From the NCBI GenBank assembly GCA_946623825.1, contig CAMORN010000001.1, positions 258,246 to 322,245 of the forward strand: a DNA stretch of 64,000 nt, in the 5' to 3' direction. Origin of the DNA: an uncultured Alphaproteobacteria bacterium (GTDB lineage: Bacteria > Pseudomonadota > Alphaproteobacteria > Rs-D84). The notes beneath the pieces are model-generated. The model searched no databases. It was not told the DNA's origin and saw only the letters and a list, made by a program, of their open reading frames with translations. Positions 27,764 to 39,082 of the stretch are shown here, one piece after another (position 1 is the first letter of the stretch; each line of letters opens with the position of its first letter). Made by a program: the position numbers and the translations under genes.

Positions 27764-29230
27764 TTATTTTATTATATATCTGTCCACGATAAATGCGGTT
27801 GGTAAATATAAAACCCCAAAAACACAAATCGCAATCATAAGGGATAATATGCTGGTTATATTAAACAAACACAAACCACACCCCAACGCTACAGAAATAA
27901 CGCTGAATGCAATGAAAGATATAAATGTTTTTTTGTCTGTTTTTATCAGTTGTCTTTTGCGACATACGCGACCCAACAGATAATTTTTAACATAACCACT
28001 GATTACGACACCGACTGGGATTGATAAATAACCAATAACAGGGAACAAAGCAATATAAATAAATGTTGCTATTGCCAAAGAAACCATACTGGTTCGAACA
28101 GGTGTATTAACATCTTGTGATGCGTACAATGTTTTGCTGTAAATCTGGCTTATCAACATTGCAGGCAAAACCAAACATTGTATTTTGATTGCTGTGGCAA
28201 CGGCGTGTGTAGATTCTGGGGTCCAAGCACCATATTGAAATAAAAATCTGATAATTGGTTCTGCCAACACGAATAAACCAACAACGCAAGGTATAATCAG
28301 CATCATAGAACGACGCATAGAAGAATTTTGTTGAATATAGACACTGCGCATGTTTTTATCAGCCAGCGCATTGGAAATAGATGACATTAAAACCGTTCCG
28401 ACGGCCAAACCAATCATTGCAAATGGTAATTGAATGATTCTGTCTGAATAATACAGCCAAGATACCGCCCCAGATTCAAAACTAGCAACCAATGTGCCGA
28501 CAATAATTGTTATTTGATAGAAACCAGAGCCAACCAAAGAGACCAAAAATCTTTTGAACATATTTTTAATTTGATTGTTCCAATGTGGTATTATCAATCT
28601 TAAACCAAAATGCTTTTGTCTGATTCTGGTTAACAATATGATAAATTGAACAATACCAGATAAAACGACGGTACCAGCCATAACATATAATATAATTCCA
28701 TTTCCATAAAGCAGGGAAGAAGCCAAAGCAATAATCAACATAATGTTTAACATTACTGGCATAAACGCTGCGAGCAAGAATCTTGAATGGGCGTTTAAGA
28801 TAGCGGATAAAAATGCAGAGCCACAAATAAATATGCAATAAAAGAACATAATACGTGCAATAACAACCGTCATTTGCATTTTTCCAGGGTCTTCTGCAAA
28901 CCCCGGTGCCAGAGCCCATATAACCAACGGCATTGCTATTTCAAATATTGCGGTTATACATAACAATATCAGCATCAACCACGAAAAGACATTTTTTGCA
29001 AAACCTTCGTCTTTCTTCATATCTGTATACATTGGAATAAATATTGCGGATATAGCACCTTCGCCTAACAAATCACGAAACAGGTTAGGTAATCTGAACG
29101 CAGCCAAGAATATGTCTGATAAACGACCCGCACCCAAAAATCTTGCAATCAACATATCACGGATAAAACCGAATACGCGACTTATCCCTGTCATCAAACC
29201 AACACCGAATATATTCCGCCCAAGTTTCAT
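27764..29230 (-). CDS. murJ: lipid II flippase MurJ
   Basis: GISRVFGFIRDMLIARFLGAG... and LFRDLLGEGAISAIFIPMY, with 12-14 predicted TM segments. Confidence 0.88.
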   Translation of the reverse strand: MKLGRNIFGVGLMTGISRVFGFIRDMLIARFLGAGRLSDIFLAAFRLPNLFRDLLGEGAISAIFIPMYTDMKKDEGFAKNVFSWLMLILLCITAIFEIAMPLVIWALAPGFAEDPGKMQMTVVIARIMFFYCIFICGSAFLSAILNAHSRFLLAAFMPVMLNIMLIIALASSLLYGNGIILYVMAGTVVLSGIVQFIILLTRIRQKHFGLRLIIPHWNNQIKNMFKRFLVSLVGSGFYQITIIVGTLVASFESGAVSWLYYSDRIIQLPFAMIGLAVGTVLMSSISNALADKNMRSVYIQQNSSMRRSMMLIIPCVVGLFVLAEPIIRFLFQYGAWTPESTHAVATAIKIQCLVLPAMLISQIYSKTLYASQDVNTPVRTSMVSLAIATFIYIALFPVIGYLSIPVGVVISGYVKNYLLGRVCRKRQLIKTDKKTFISFIAFSVISVALGCGLCLFNITSILSLMIAICVFGVLYLPTAFIVDRYIIK

Positions 29231-29304
29231 AATATTTACCTATTTTTTTGCTTTTATTTTTATGTGTCTTTCATTATACTGCGAATAAACAAGGGATTTC
29301 AAGT

Positions 29305-30024
29305 ATGAAAAAAATCTTTTTATTATTGTCATTGTGTGCGGTGTTGACTGCGTGTGGTGGTGGCGAGGAAATTGTTGTTGAACGCCCACTGGAAGATATT
29401 TATCAGGAAGCTTACACAGAATTTAACAAAAAACATTATGAAGAAGCTGCAGAATTGTTCCAAACAGCAGAGGCGCAATATCCGTCTTCGCCATGGTCTG
29501 CAGATGCGCTGGTTATGATGGCGTATTCAAGATATATGGATAAAGATTTTGCGGGTTCTATATTGGCAATTGACCGGTATATGCGTTTTCATCCGGGACA
29601 CAGGGATGTTCCATATATGATGTATTTGCGCGGAATGTGTTATTATCGTCAGGTCAGTGATGTTCGTCGTGACCCTGGTATGTCCGCGTTTGCATTACAG
29701 CAATTTCAACAATTGGTGGACAGATTCCCACACAGCGAATATGCAGAAAATGCGAAAAACAAGATTTTAATCTTGAAAAACTATATAGCGGGTAAAATTA
29801 TGTATGCCGCCCGTGAAGATATGTTCAATAAAAATTGGACTTCTGCAATTACAAGATTCCAATCTGTGTTATCTGGCGCACAAGAAACCGTTATGACACC
29901 AGAGGCAATGTTCCGTTTAACCGAATGTTATACAGCGATTGGGTTGCCAGAACAGGCAAACGGTTATACCGATATGTTGCGTAAAAATTTCCCAGATAAT
30001 GAATGGACCAAGAAGTTAAAATAA
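29305..30024 (+). CDS. bamD: outer membrane protein assembly factor BamD
   Basis: MKKIFLLLSLCAVLTAC lipobox and TPR-like YQEAYTEFNKKHYEEAAELFQTAEAQYPSSPWSADA. The start was trimmed to ATG 29305. Confidence 0.85.
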   Translation: MKKIFLLLSLCAVLTACGGGEEIVVERPLEDIYQEAYTEFNKKHYEEAAELFQTAEAQYPSSPWSADALVMMAYSRYMDKDFAGSILAIDRYMRFHPGHRDVPYMMYLRGMCYYRQVSDVRRDPGMSAFALQQFQQLVDRFPHSEYAENAKNKILILKNYIAGKIMYAAREDMFNKNWTSAITRFQSVLSGAQETVMTPEAMFRLTECYTAIGLPEQANGYTDMLRKNFPDNEWTKKLK

Positions 30025-30051
30025 AAAAAGCCACGATTTGTGGCTTTTTTC

Positions 30052-30828
30052 TTATCCGTGATATTTTTGGTATAAATATTCATAATAAGCATAATCAGAC
30101 ATATTTTTGCATTTTGCATATTCTTGTTCCAAAAATTTTTCAACCTGTATTTTAGCAGCAGGTGTCGGACCAGATTGGTTACGATAATGGCTTGATGGAT
30201 TTTCGTTGTATTTTTTCTGTCTTCCGCGAAATTCATCATAATATATTTGTCCAATACGCATCATAGGGCGAACAATGGTTGGATTTTTTACGCTGATTTC
30301 CAATGTCCATGTTCCACAAAAGCCGTCATCGCCACGACCGGCAGTATGATGATTCAATATAAAATTGCGTCCAAGGCTTGATTTACCGTCTATATATGGA
30401 AAATAGTTAAATGTTTTTGTTTCTTCATATGTTGATGCCAGATATCCAAATTGTGGACTTAATACAGCGCCTGTTTCAGGGATAACAAAATCAATAGTTT
30501 CTTTTTCTTTAAACGGGTCAACTAAAAATTTAGGGTTACGAAAATCGTATTCTGGGTCGCCATCAAGATATCTTTTATAAAAAACTTCGCTAACGAACCA
30601 ATCGCGCATTGTATATTGTCTGTTTTGGTCGTATGGAATAAAAGGTTTCATACCCGCAGGAATCGTGCCTTTATAAACCTTGAATTCAGGGGCAAGGTGT
30701 AAATCATAACTGTTAGACCCCAAACATTCTATATCAAAAGGTTTAATCATAATATTTGGCAAACCATCAGGATTGTGAGGATTTAATCTCAGCATTTCAG
30801 ATAATATTTCAGGACCACTAAGTTGCAT
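30052..30828 (-). CDS. dcd: dCTP deaminase family protein, expanded (258 aa)
   Basis: GSNSYDLHL, IDGKSSLGRNFILNHHTAGRGDDGFCGTWTLEISVKNP and YRNQSGPTPA align with Dcd blocks. The start was trimmed to ATG 30828, because the track N-terminal extension overlaps era. Confidence 0.72.
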   Translation of the reverse strand: MQLSGPEILSEMLRLNPHNPDGLPNIMIKPFDIECLGSNSYDLHLAPEFKVYKGTIPAGMKPFIPYDQNRQYTMRDWFVSEVFYKRYLDGDPEYDFRNPKFLVDPFKEKETIDFVIPETGAVLSPQFGYLASTYEETKTFNYFPYIDGKSSLGRNFILNHHTAGRGDDGFCGTWTLEISVKNPTIVRPMMRIGQIYYDEFRGRQKKYNENPSSHYRNQSGPTPAAKIQVEKFLEQEYAKCKNMSDYAYYEYLYQKYHG

Positions 30829-30948
30829 AGGCGTTTTTCCTTGTTCGTTGGTCTCTCTCGGGCTCTCTTGGAAAAACTTTAATATAATAAATCGTTTTTT
30901 CAAGGTTTTTTTGTTGAGTTTCCAAAATAGTGTGGTATCTTCTAGAAC

Positions 30949-31839
30949 ATGAAAAAAACTTATTCTGGCTTTATAGCAATTATCGGACCAACAAATGCCG
31001 GTAAATCTACCTTGCTGAACCAAATTATGGGGCGCAAGGTTTCTATTGTTTCACATAAGGTACAAACGACCCGTACGCGTTTGCGTGCAATAAAAATGGT
31101 TGGTGATAAACAGCTGATTTTTGTTGATACACCGGGGGTGTTTAAACCGTCTCGTCGTCTTGACAGGGCGATGGTTTCCGCGGCTATGTCTGCCATGGAC
31201 GAAGCGGACGCAGTATTGTTATTGGTTGATGCACAAAAAGGTATAACAAACACAATCAAAGAATTATGTGAAAAAATTAGTAGTCACAAAAATTTATTTG
31301 TTGCTTTAAACAAGGTTGATGCAATTCCTAAAACTGATTTATTGCCAATGGTTGCAGAAATATCACAATTGGCTAATTTCAACGAAATATTTATGATATC
31401 TGCATTGAAAAACGACGGTGTTGAACAAATGTTGTCTTCTTTGGCAAAGGTTATGCCTGAATCACCATATTTGTTTGATACAAAAGACGCTAGTGATGTT
31501 CCAGATATGTTATATTTGGCAGAATTAACTCGTGAAAAAGTTTATAAATATATTCACCAAGAATTGCCTTACCATATCAATGTTGTTACGGAACGTGTTG
31601 ACCAAGATGACGAAGGTGTTCTTGAAATCTATCAAAAGATAGTGGTTGAAAACGAAGCACACAAAAAAATAGTTGTAGGCAAGGGTGGTGCACAATTAAA
31701 GAAAATTGGGACTGCTGCGCGCCATGATATACAAGACCAATGGGGTGTAAATGCCAGATTACATTTGTTTGTTCGCGTTGAACCAAATTGGGAAAATACG
31801 GCTGAAAATTATACAGAACAAGGGCTTGAATTTAAATAA
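30949..31839 (+). CDS. era: GTPase Era
   Basis: [26 protein letters not shown] and a C-terminal KH domain (VGKGGAQLKKIG). Confidence 0.92.
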   Translation: MKKTYSGFIAIIGPTNAGKSTLLNQIMGRKVSIVSHKVQTTRTRLRAIKMVGDKQLIFVDTPGVFKPSRRLDRAMVSAAMSAMDEADAVLLLVDAQKGITNTIKELCEKISSHKNLFVALNKVDAIPKTDLLPMVAEISQLANFNEIFMISALKNDGVEQMLSSLAKVMPESPYLFDTKDASDVPDMLYLAELTREKVYKYIHQELPYHINVVTERVDQDDEGVLEIYQKIVVENEAHKKIVVGKGGAQLKKIGTAARHDIQDQWGVNARLHLFVRVEPNWENTAENYTEQGLEFK

Positions 31840-31851
31840 GAGATAAAAAAA

Positions 31852-32121
31852 ATGACAAAAGACACAATAAAAAATATTTTTAAGAATTCAATTTATGCAC
31901 AAATGTGGAAAGAAAATCCACAATTCAGAAAAGATATAAAAACTGCTTTGGCTGTTTTTGGTTTTGGTGTATTGATGTTTGTTTATGGTTCTATCAAAGG
32001 TTGCACCATGGACAAAAAAACAATACAAAAAGAATCTGTCATTGATAAAAACATGAATTCTAAATTGTCGTTTAATACACTGCAATTATTCAAAAAATCA
32101 AACAGTGAATTACAAAGATAA
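31852..32121 (+). CDS. small hypothetical membrane protein
   Basis: 89-aa ORF with one TM (ALAVFGFGVLMFVYGSI). Confidence 0.4.
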   Translation: MTKDTIKNIFKNSIYAQMWKENPQFRKDIKTALAVFGFGVLMFVYGSIKGCTMDKKTIQKESVIDKNMNSKLSFNTLQLFKKSNSELQR

Positions 32122-32126
32122 TTAAA

Positions 32127-33149
32127 ATGTTGCACACATCTGATTTTGATTTTGAATTACCACCTGAATTAATTGCATCACACCCATTGCACGAACGTGA
32201 TGCGTCGCGTATGTTGGTTGTTAATGGGCAAGATATATCCGATAAACATATTCGTGATTTTGTATCTTTTTTGCGTACGGGTGATGTCGTTGTTTTTAAC
32301 AATTCCCGTGTTATTCCGGCGCGTTTTGAAGCAAGCGGTCATGAAATTACATTGCATACATCTAAAACAGATAAAGATTGGTGGGGGCTTTGTAAAAAAT
32401 TCAACAAAATCAACATTGGCGACACATTGACAATGGTTGATGGTACCACATTGGAAGTATTGGATAAAGATGATGACAGTGGTTTGTTGTTGCACTTTAA
32501 TTGCGATAATGTTTTTGATTTGTTGAACAAATACGGAAAAATGCCGTTGCCACCATATATGAAACGCGAAGAAGAAACCGAAGATAGGGAGCGTTATCAG
32601 ACGGTTTATGCACAACCACTTGGGTCTATGGCCGCCCCGACGGCAGGTTTGCATTTTACAGATGATTTATTGTCAGAAATAGAACAGGCAGGTGCAAAAA
32701 TTGTAAAGGTTACCTTGCATGTTGGCGCTGGAACATGGATGCCGGTTAAAACAGAAAATTTAGCAGAACACAAAATGCATTCTGAATGGTGTTGTATTAC
32801 CCCAGAACAAGCAGAAATCATAAACAATGCAAAACGTATTATTGCGGTTGGAACAACATCTATGCGAACATTGGAATCTGCATCAAAATTGGCAAAAGAA
32901 AACGGTTTTCCTGGTCGTGTTATGCCAATATGTCAAACAACAAACATATTTATAACACCGGGGTATAAATTCGGTGCGGTTGATGTGTTGTTGACTAATT
33001 TTCATTTGCCAAAATCTACATTATTTATGTTGGTTTCTGCGTTTTCAGGTCTTGAAAATATGAAACACGCCTATGAACACGCAGTGTCGGAAAAATACAG
33101 ATTTTTCAGTTATGGTGATTGCTGTTTATTATTCAAAAAGGATATATAA
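32127..33149 (+). CDS. queA: S-adenosylmethionine:tRNA ribosyltransferase-isomerase
   Basis: MLHTSDFDFELPPELIASHPL..., ERYQTVYA, GTTSMRTLES. Confidence 0.92.
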   Translation: MLHTSDFDFELPPELIASHPLHERDASRMLVVNGQDISDKHIRDFVSFLRTGDVVVFNNSRVIPARFEASGHEITLHTSKTDKDWWGLCKKFNKINIGDTLTMVDGTTLEVLDKDDDSGLLLHFNCDNVFDLLNKYGKMPLPPYMKREEETEDRERYQTVYAQPLGSMAAPTAGLHFTDDLLSEIEQAGAKIVKVTLHVGAGTWMPVKTENLAEHKMHSEWCCITPEQAEIINNAKRIIAVGTTSMRTLESASKLAKENGFPGRVMPICQTTNIFITPGYKFGAVDVLLTNFHLPKSTLFMLVSAFSGLENMKHAYEHAVSEKYRFFSYGDCCLLFKKDI

Positions 33150-33151
33150 AT

Positions 33152-35556
<2,405 letters not shown>

Positions 35557-35559
35557 TTT

Positions 35560-35919
35560 ATGGAAACTATAAAAATATCTGTTAAAAAATCTATCGAATT
35601 AAACGCAGATGACCGTTTATATATGGCAATGATAACTGTTTATGACAAACCAAATTATGCGGTTTATACATTGGGACATAATCGTTCAAATGGTGCATAT
35701 TATTATATGATACCAAATGTACAGGTTGCGCATTTTACAAACAAACAAGACGCAGATTTATATCATGATACCATTGAAAATATTATGGATTATCAACAAA
35801 ACAATGGTTTGATTGCAAAAAAGATAAAAGAATATGACACCGAAGAAATAGTTAAATTTTATAACGGTGTGCATGCGGGAATAATAGGAATAAATAAAAC
35901 GCTTGAAAAACAAAAGTGA
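35560..35919 (+). CDS. hypothetical protein (119 aa)
   Basis: ORF starting 4 nt after tgt. No motif recognised. Confidence 0.45.
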   Translation: METIKISVKKSIELNADDRLYMAMITVYDKPNYAVYTLGHNRSNGAYYYMIPNVQVAHFTNKQDADLYHDTIENIMDYQQNNGLIAKKIKEYDTEEIVKFYNGVHAGIIGINKTLEKQK

Positions 35920-35953
35920 TTTTTAATATCATTGAAAAAGAAAGGAGATTTCA

Positions 35954-36937
35954 ATGGCAAAAAAACAAATTGAAGTAATAGATATGGACGGTAAAAAAAC
36001 CGTAGCAAAGAAAACATCTTTTGTAACAAACACAAAACGCGTATTTGCGGTTGTTTCAATATTATGGATTATTTTTATAGCATGGTTTCCATTGTATGTA
36101 AAAAACACTTATTCTGGACCAATTAAAAAATCTATGGTTGTGTCGGTTTTCTTTGATTTACAGAGAAATATTGTTAAACAATACGAAGCTTTATTGGGCG
36201 GAATTAAAAAATCTATTAATTTGGAAAAACCAATTGGTGTTGCCATAGAAAAAGTTAAAATTGTAGAAAATCAGGTCGATAAAGTTACCAACACAACGGC
36301 TAAGGCAAAAGAACAAACAAATAAAGTAAAACAGGAAACTAACAAAATTTCTGCAATAACTGGTCTGGCTAATAAATTTGGCGTGAAAACGGGTGAAATA
36401 GACAAAGCTGTCAAAGAAACAAATAAAGCCGTTGCAAATGCTGATAAAAACATTGCAAAGGTTGATGCTATCGCAGACCAAGTGAATAAAAAATTAGATT
36501 CCGTGAAAAATGAATTGGTCAAAGTTTCCCAGACAGAAGTTGATAAAATGGTAGATGAAGCCATAAAACATCAATTGGATAAAAACAGCGGTGGTTTGGG
36601 AACAACTTTGTTGACTAATTATGGTATTAAACATGTTTATCCATGGCGTCCATCTTCATGGCCAGTTGCGACTAAAATTTATAACGACCTTGAAAAATCA
36701 AATGTTGGGGTTGTACAAATATTAACAAATACCGTGAATAAATATTTTGGTTATGTTGCATGGACATTGGTGTTTATCACATGGGCATTTGGTTTTGTCG
36801 TATGGATGATTGCTTTCAAGAAAGTAAAACAGGTAATCTCTCCGTTCATAGTTTGTCCACGTTGTGGTCATACATTTGCAGACAAACGAACAGTTATGGG
36901 ATTGTTAAAGGTGTTTCAACCTTGGAAATGGTTCTAG
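35954..36937 (+). CDS. hypothetical membrane protein with Lys/Asn-rich coiled-coil region and C-terminal CPRC motif
   Basis: AAAGGAG RBS, an N-terminal TM, the low-complexity stretch KVTNTTAKAKEQTNKVKQETNK..., a C-terminal TM pair and CPRCGHTF. Confidence 0.55.
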   Translation: MAKKQIEVIDMDGKKTVAKKTSFVTNTKRVFAVVSILWIIFIAWFPLYVKNTYSGPIKKSMVVSVFFDLQRNIVKQYEALLGGIKKSINLEKPIGVAIEKVKIVENQVDKVTNTTAKAKEQTNKVKQETNKISAITGLANKFGVKTGEIDKAVKETNKAVANADKNIAKVDAIADQVNKKLDSVKNELVKVSQTEVDKMVDEAIKHQLDKNSGGLGTTLLTNYGIKHVYPWRPSSWPVATKIYNDLEKSNVGVVQILTNTVNKYFGYVAWTLVFITWAFGFVVWMIAFKKVKQVISPFIVCPRCGHTFADKRTVMGLLKVFQPWKWF

Positions 36938-37039
36938 GAATAAATGCCACCCCGTAAAAAGGGTGGTGTTTTTTTGATTATTATGATTGACAAATAATAT
37001 TTTTAGTCTATTATATAAACAACATAAAAAGGCTTAAAA

Positions 37040-37402
37040 ATGAAAAAACAAATATTATCTTTGGCTGTGTTTATGATGATGATGACCGGTTGTAAATCGA
37101 ATTTTGCAGTCGTCAAACAAATTGGTGAAAGACAAATATTGGTGTCTGATGTTGAAACAAAAACCGAAAAAATATTTATATTTAACCGCAAATTTGGTGA
37201 AAGCACAGATTTTTTAAAATTTGTTAATCCGGGGGATACTGTTTTGATTCAGGCAAGACAATACGACAAAAACATAGAACAGGTATTGGAATCCAGAAAC
37301 AGCAGTATTTATTTTAATGCAGACAGTATTTGTGCCAGATATGAACGCGCAAAATTTGATGCTGCTAAACAAATAATGTCAACACAAAATGTGAGACAAT
37401 AA
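37040..37402 (+). CDS. hypothetical lipoprotein (120 aa)
   Basis: MKKQILSLAVFMMMMTGC lipobox. Confidence 0.55.
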   Translation: MKKQILSLAVFMMMMTGCKSNFAVVKQIGERQILVSDVETKTEKIFIFNRKFGESTDFLKFVNPGDTVLIQARQYDKNIEQVLESRNSSIYFNADSICARYERAKFDAAKQIMSTQNVRQ

Positions 37403-37403
37403 A

Positions 37404-37790
37404 ATGATGGACTATTACACATTAAATAGAAAATATTCAGAAGTTATGAACAGAATTTTGTTCTTGCGACTTATAAATTCTGGTAAATCTAGCGTAAGTA
37501 AACAGCAGGATGTTATCGTTGCTGAAACATTTGATTTGGCTTATGAGATTTTGTTAAATTTTCATAATTCTAAAAGCAATACAAAACGCGAAAATTGCAG
37601 AAAACTTTATAAAAATGTTTTGGAAATAGTCCCAGGACCAGAAATTAAATCTGTAATGGCGTATCCTGAAAAATACGAAAAAATGGTCGCGTCAAAGAAA
37701 GAATTTCTGAAAAAGACAGCGGGCATGGTTGTCGAAATGAATGCTATATCATCGTATTTACAGAACAAAGCGAAAATAAAGGAATTATAA
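37404..37790 (+). CDS. hypothetical protein, paralog A of a tandem pair
   Basis: 128 aa. It shares the N-terminal L..L..SGKSS.S block and its length with the next ORF. Confidence 0.5.
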   Translation: MMDYYTLNRKYSEVMNRILFLRLINSGKSSVSKQQDVIVAETFDLAYEILLNFHNSKSNTKRENCRKLYKNVLEIVPGPEIKSVMAYPEKYEKMVASKKEFLKKTAGMVVEMNAISSYLQNKAKIKEL

Positions 37791-37793
37791 CCC

Positions 37794-38177
37794 ATGCAAC
37801 AGGGTAAAATGGATAAATTTTTCAGTTTATTGCTTTTTACAGAATTACTTTGTTCTGGTAAATCATCTGAATCTGGTAAAATTCACAAATACATTAAAGA
37901 CACATTTGGTATCGCAACAGAAATAGTCGTTGATTCCATAAAAAATATGAATGTGGCAAGATATCACAGGGTTATAAATGCAATTAAAGATTTAGATTTA
38001 TCAAAAAAAGAAACAATTTTAACCCCTGAATATAAAGAATTTGTGATTTATACATATAAACGTTTTATAATGCGAACAGGTGATTTATTGCAAGAAAATA
38101 CACCATTTTTGATGGAATATAATGATTATTTAACCCAATTGTCCCGTAAAACAAGAATAAAAAACAAGGCAAGATAA
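37794..38177 (+). CDS. hypothetical protein, paralog B of a tandem pair
   Basis: 127 aa (LLLFTELLCSGKSSESGK...), starting 4 nt after paralog A. Confidence 0.5.
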   Translation: MQQGKMDKFFSLLLFTELLCSGKSSESGKIHKYIKDTFGIATEIVVDSIKNMNVARYHRVINAIKDLDLSKKETILTPEYKEFVIYTYKRFIMRTGDLLQENTPFLMEYNDYLTQLSRKTRIKNKAR

Positions 38178-38185
38178 AAAAACAC

Positions 38186-38214
38186 TTGCAAAGTTGTAAA
38201 AACTATGTCAGAAT
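38186..38214 (+). promoter_or_regulatory. candidate promoter of tRNA-Gly
   Basis: TTGCAA (38186-38191), a 17-nt spacer, then CAGAAT (38209-38214), 13 nt before the tRNA 5' end. Confidence 0.45.
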
Positions 38215-38227
38215 ACCTTTCGCAAAT

Positions 38228-38304
38228 GCGAGCGTAGCTCAGTTGGCTAGAGCGCAACCTTGCCAAGGTTGAGGTCGAGGGTTCGAGCCCCTTTGCTCGC
38301 ACCA
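38228..38304 (+). tRNA. tRNA-Gly (anticodon GCC)
   Basis: GCGAGCG-TA-GCTC-AGTTGGCTA-GAGC-G-CAACC-TTGCCAA-GGTTG-AGGTC-GAGGG-TTCGAGC-CCCTT-TGCTCGC-A-CCA. Confidence 0.93.
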
Positions 38305-38635
38305 GAATTTATAAACACCCGAAAGGGTGTTTTTTATGTTTAAGCAAAGGGGCGAGAACCCGCAGGGTTGCGAGGCGAGGCAACGGCAGTTGCCGAAGTA
38401 CTTTGCTCGCACCAGAATTTATAAACACCCGAAAGGGTGTTTTTTATGTTTAAGCAAAGGGGCGAGAACCCGCAGGGTTGCGAGGCGAGGCAACGGCAGT
38501 TGCCGAAGTACTTTGCTCGCACCAGAATTTATAAACACCCGAAAGGGTGTTTTTTTATGTTTAAGCAAAGGGGCGAGAACCCGGAGGGTTGCGAGGCGAG
38601 GCAACGACAGTTGCCGAAGTACTTTGCTCGCACCA
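38291..38635 (+). repeat. tandem array of three 110/110/111-bp units, each ending in a copy of the tRNA-Gly 3' end
   Basis: CTTTGCTCGCACCA starts at 38291 (in the tRNA), 38401, 38511 and 38622. Units 1 and 2 are identical and unit 3 differs at 3 positions. Each unit is a terminator hairpin (AAACACCCGAAAGGGTGTTTTTT), then GCAAAGGGGCGAGAACCC (an inverted tRNA T-arm/acceptor copy), then the GGCAAC-GGCA-GTTGCC hairpin, then the tRNA 3' end. Confidence 0.95.
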
Positions 38636-38770
38636 AAGTTTTTTATTAGAAATCCGGGCATTTGCACCGGATTTTTTGTTTTTCACTCGAATTATTGCCC
38701 ACAAACAAAAATCCTGGAAAATCCAGTATTTTTTTGCTTTGGCACACTTGAAAATAAAGGATAAAAACCT

Positions 38771-38971
38771 ATGTTTAAAAAGTGTAAAGCAAACTGTCAA
38801 GCAAATGACAACCTTTATATAAGAAATGATGTGTTTTATTATATGGTCGAATTACCGCGTCAAGATGGTAAAAGACGATATTTTATAAAATCATTACACA
38901 CAAAAGATTATTACGAAGCATTGGAAAGGCATTTTATCCAAATATGGTCACATAAAAACAGCACCTTATAG
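38771..38971 (+). pseudogene. N-terminal fragment (66 codons) of a tyrosine integrase
   Basis: ...NLYIRNDVFYYMVELPRQDGKRRYFIKSLHTKDYYEALER... fits the N-terminal pattern of tRNA-targeting integrases (LY-R-x3-YY ... GKR-x4-SL-T-D-x2-A). No catalytic domain follows. It lies 136 nt after the last tRNA-Gly 3'-end copy. Confidence 0.6.
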
Positions 38972-39082
38972 TGCCATTTATCATAAAACATACATAAACA
39001 CGCCAAATTCAAGCCGTGGACAACGAAAATAAAATCGGCAATAAAACTATAAATCAGAAAGGCAGAACAGTTTATATATTTT

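Noticed and set aside
30829-31023. 65-codon N-terminal extension of the dcd-like ORF overlapping the era start.
   Set aside because: The conserved Dcd sequence begins at MQLSGPEI (ATG 30828). The extension would occupy the divergent promoter region and overlap era by 75 nt.
38291-38635. A regularly spaced repeat array that might be a CRISPR locus.
   Set aside because: The period is 110 bp with no unique spacers between repeats. Whole units are identical or nearly so. Every unit contains a terminator hairpin and a copy of the tRNA-Gly 3' end. No cas genes are nearby.
38327-38822. Track ORFs 38327..38764, 38340..38522, 38419..38667, 38437..38649, 38561..38800, 38589..38822 and 40383..40644, taken as possible genes.
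   Set aside because: They run through the tandem units on both strands, and their peptides are internally repetitive (…RGENPQGCEARQRQLPKYFARTR… three times). They lack RBS context. They are open only because the repeat happens to lack stops.
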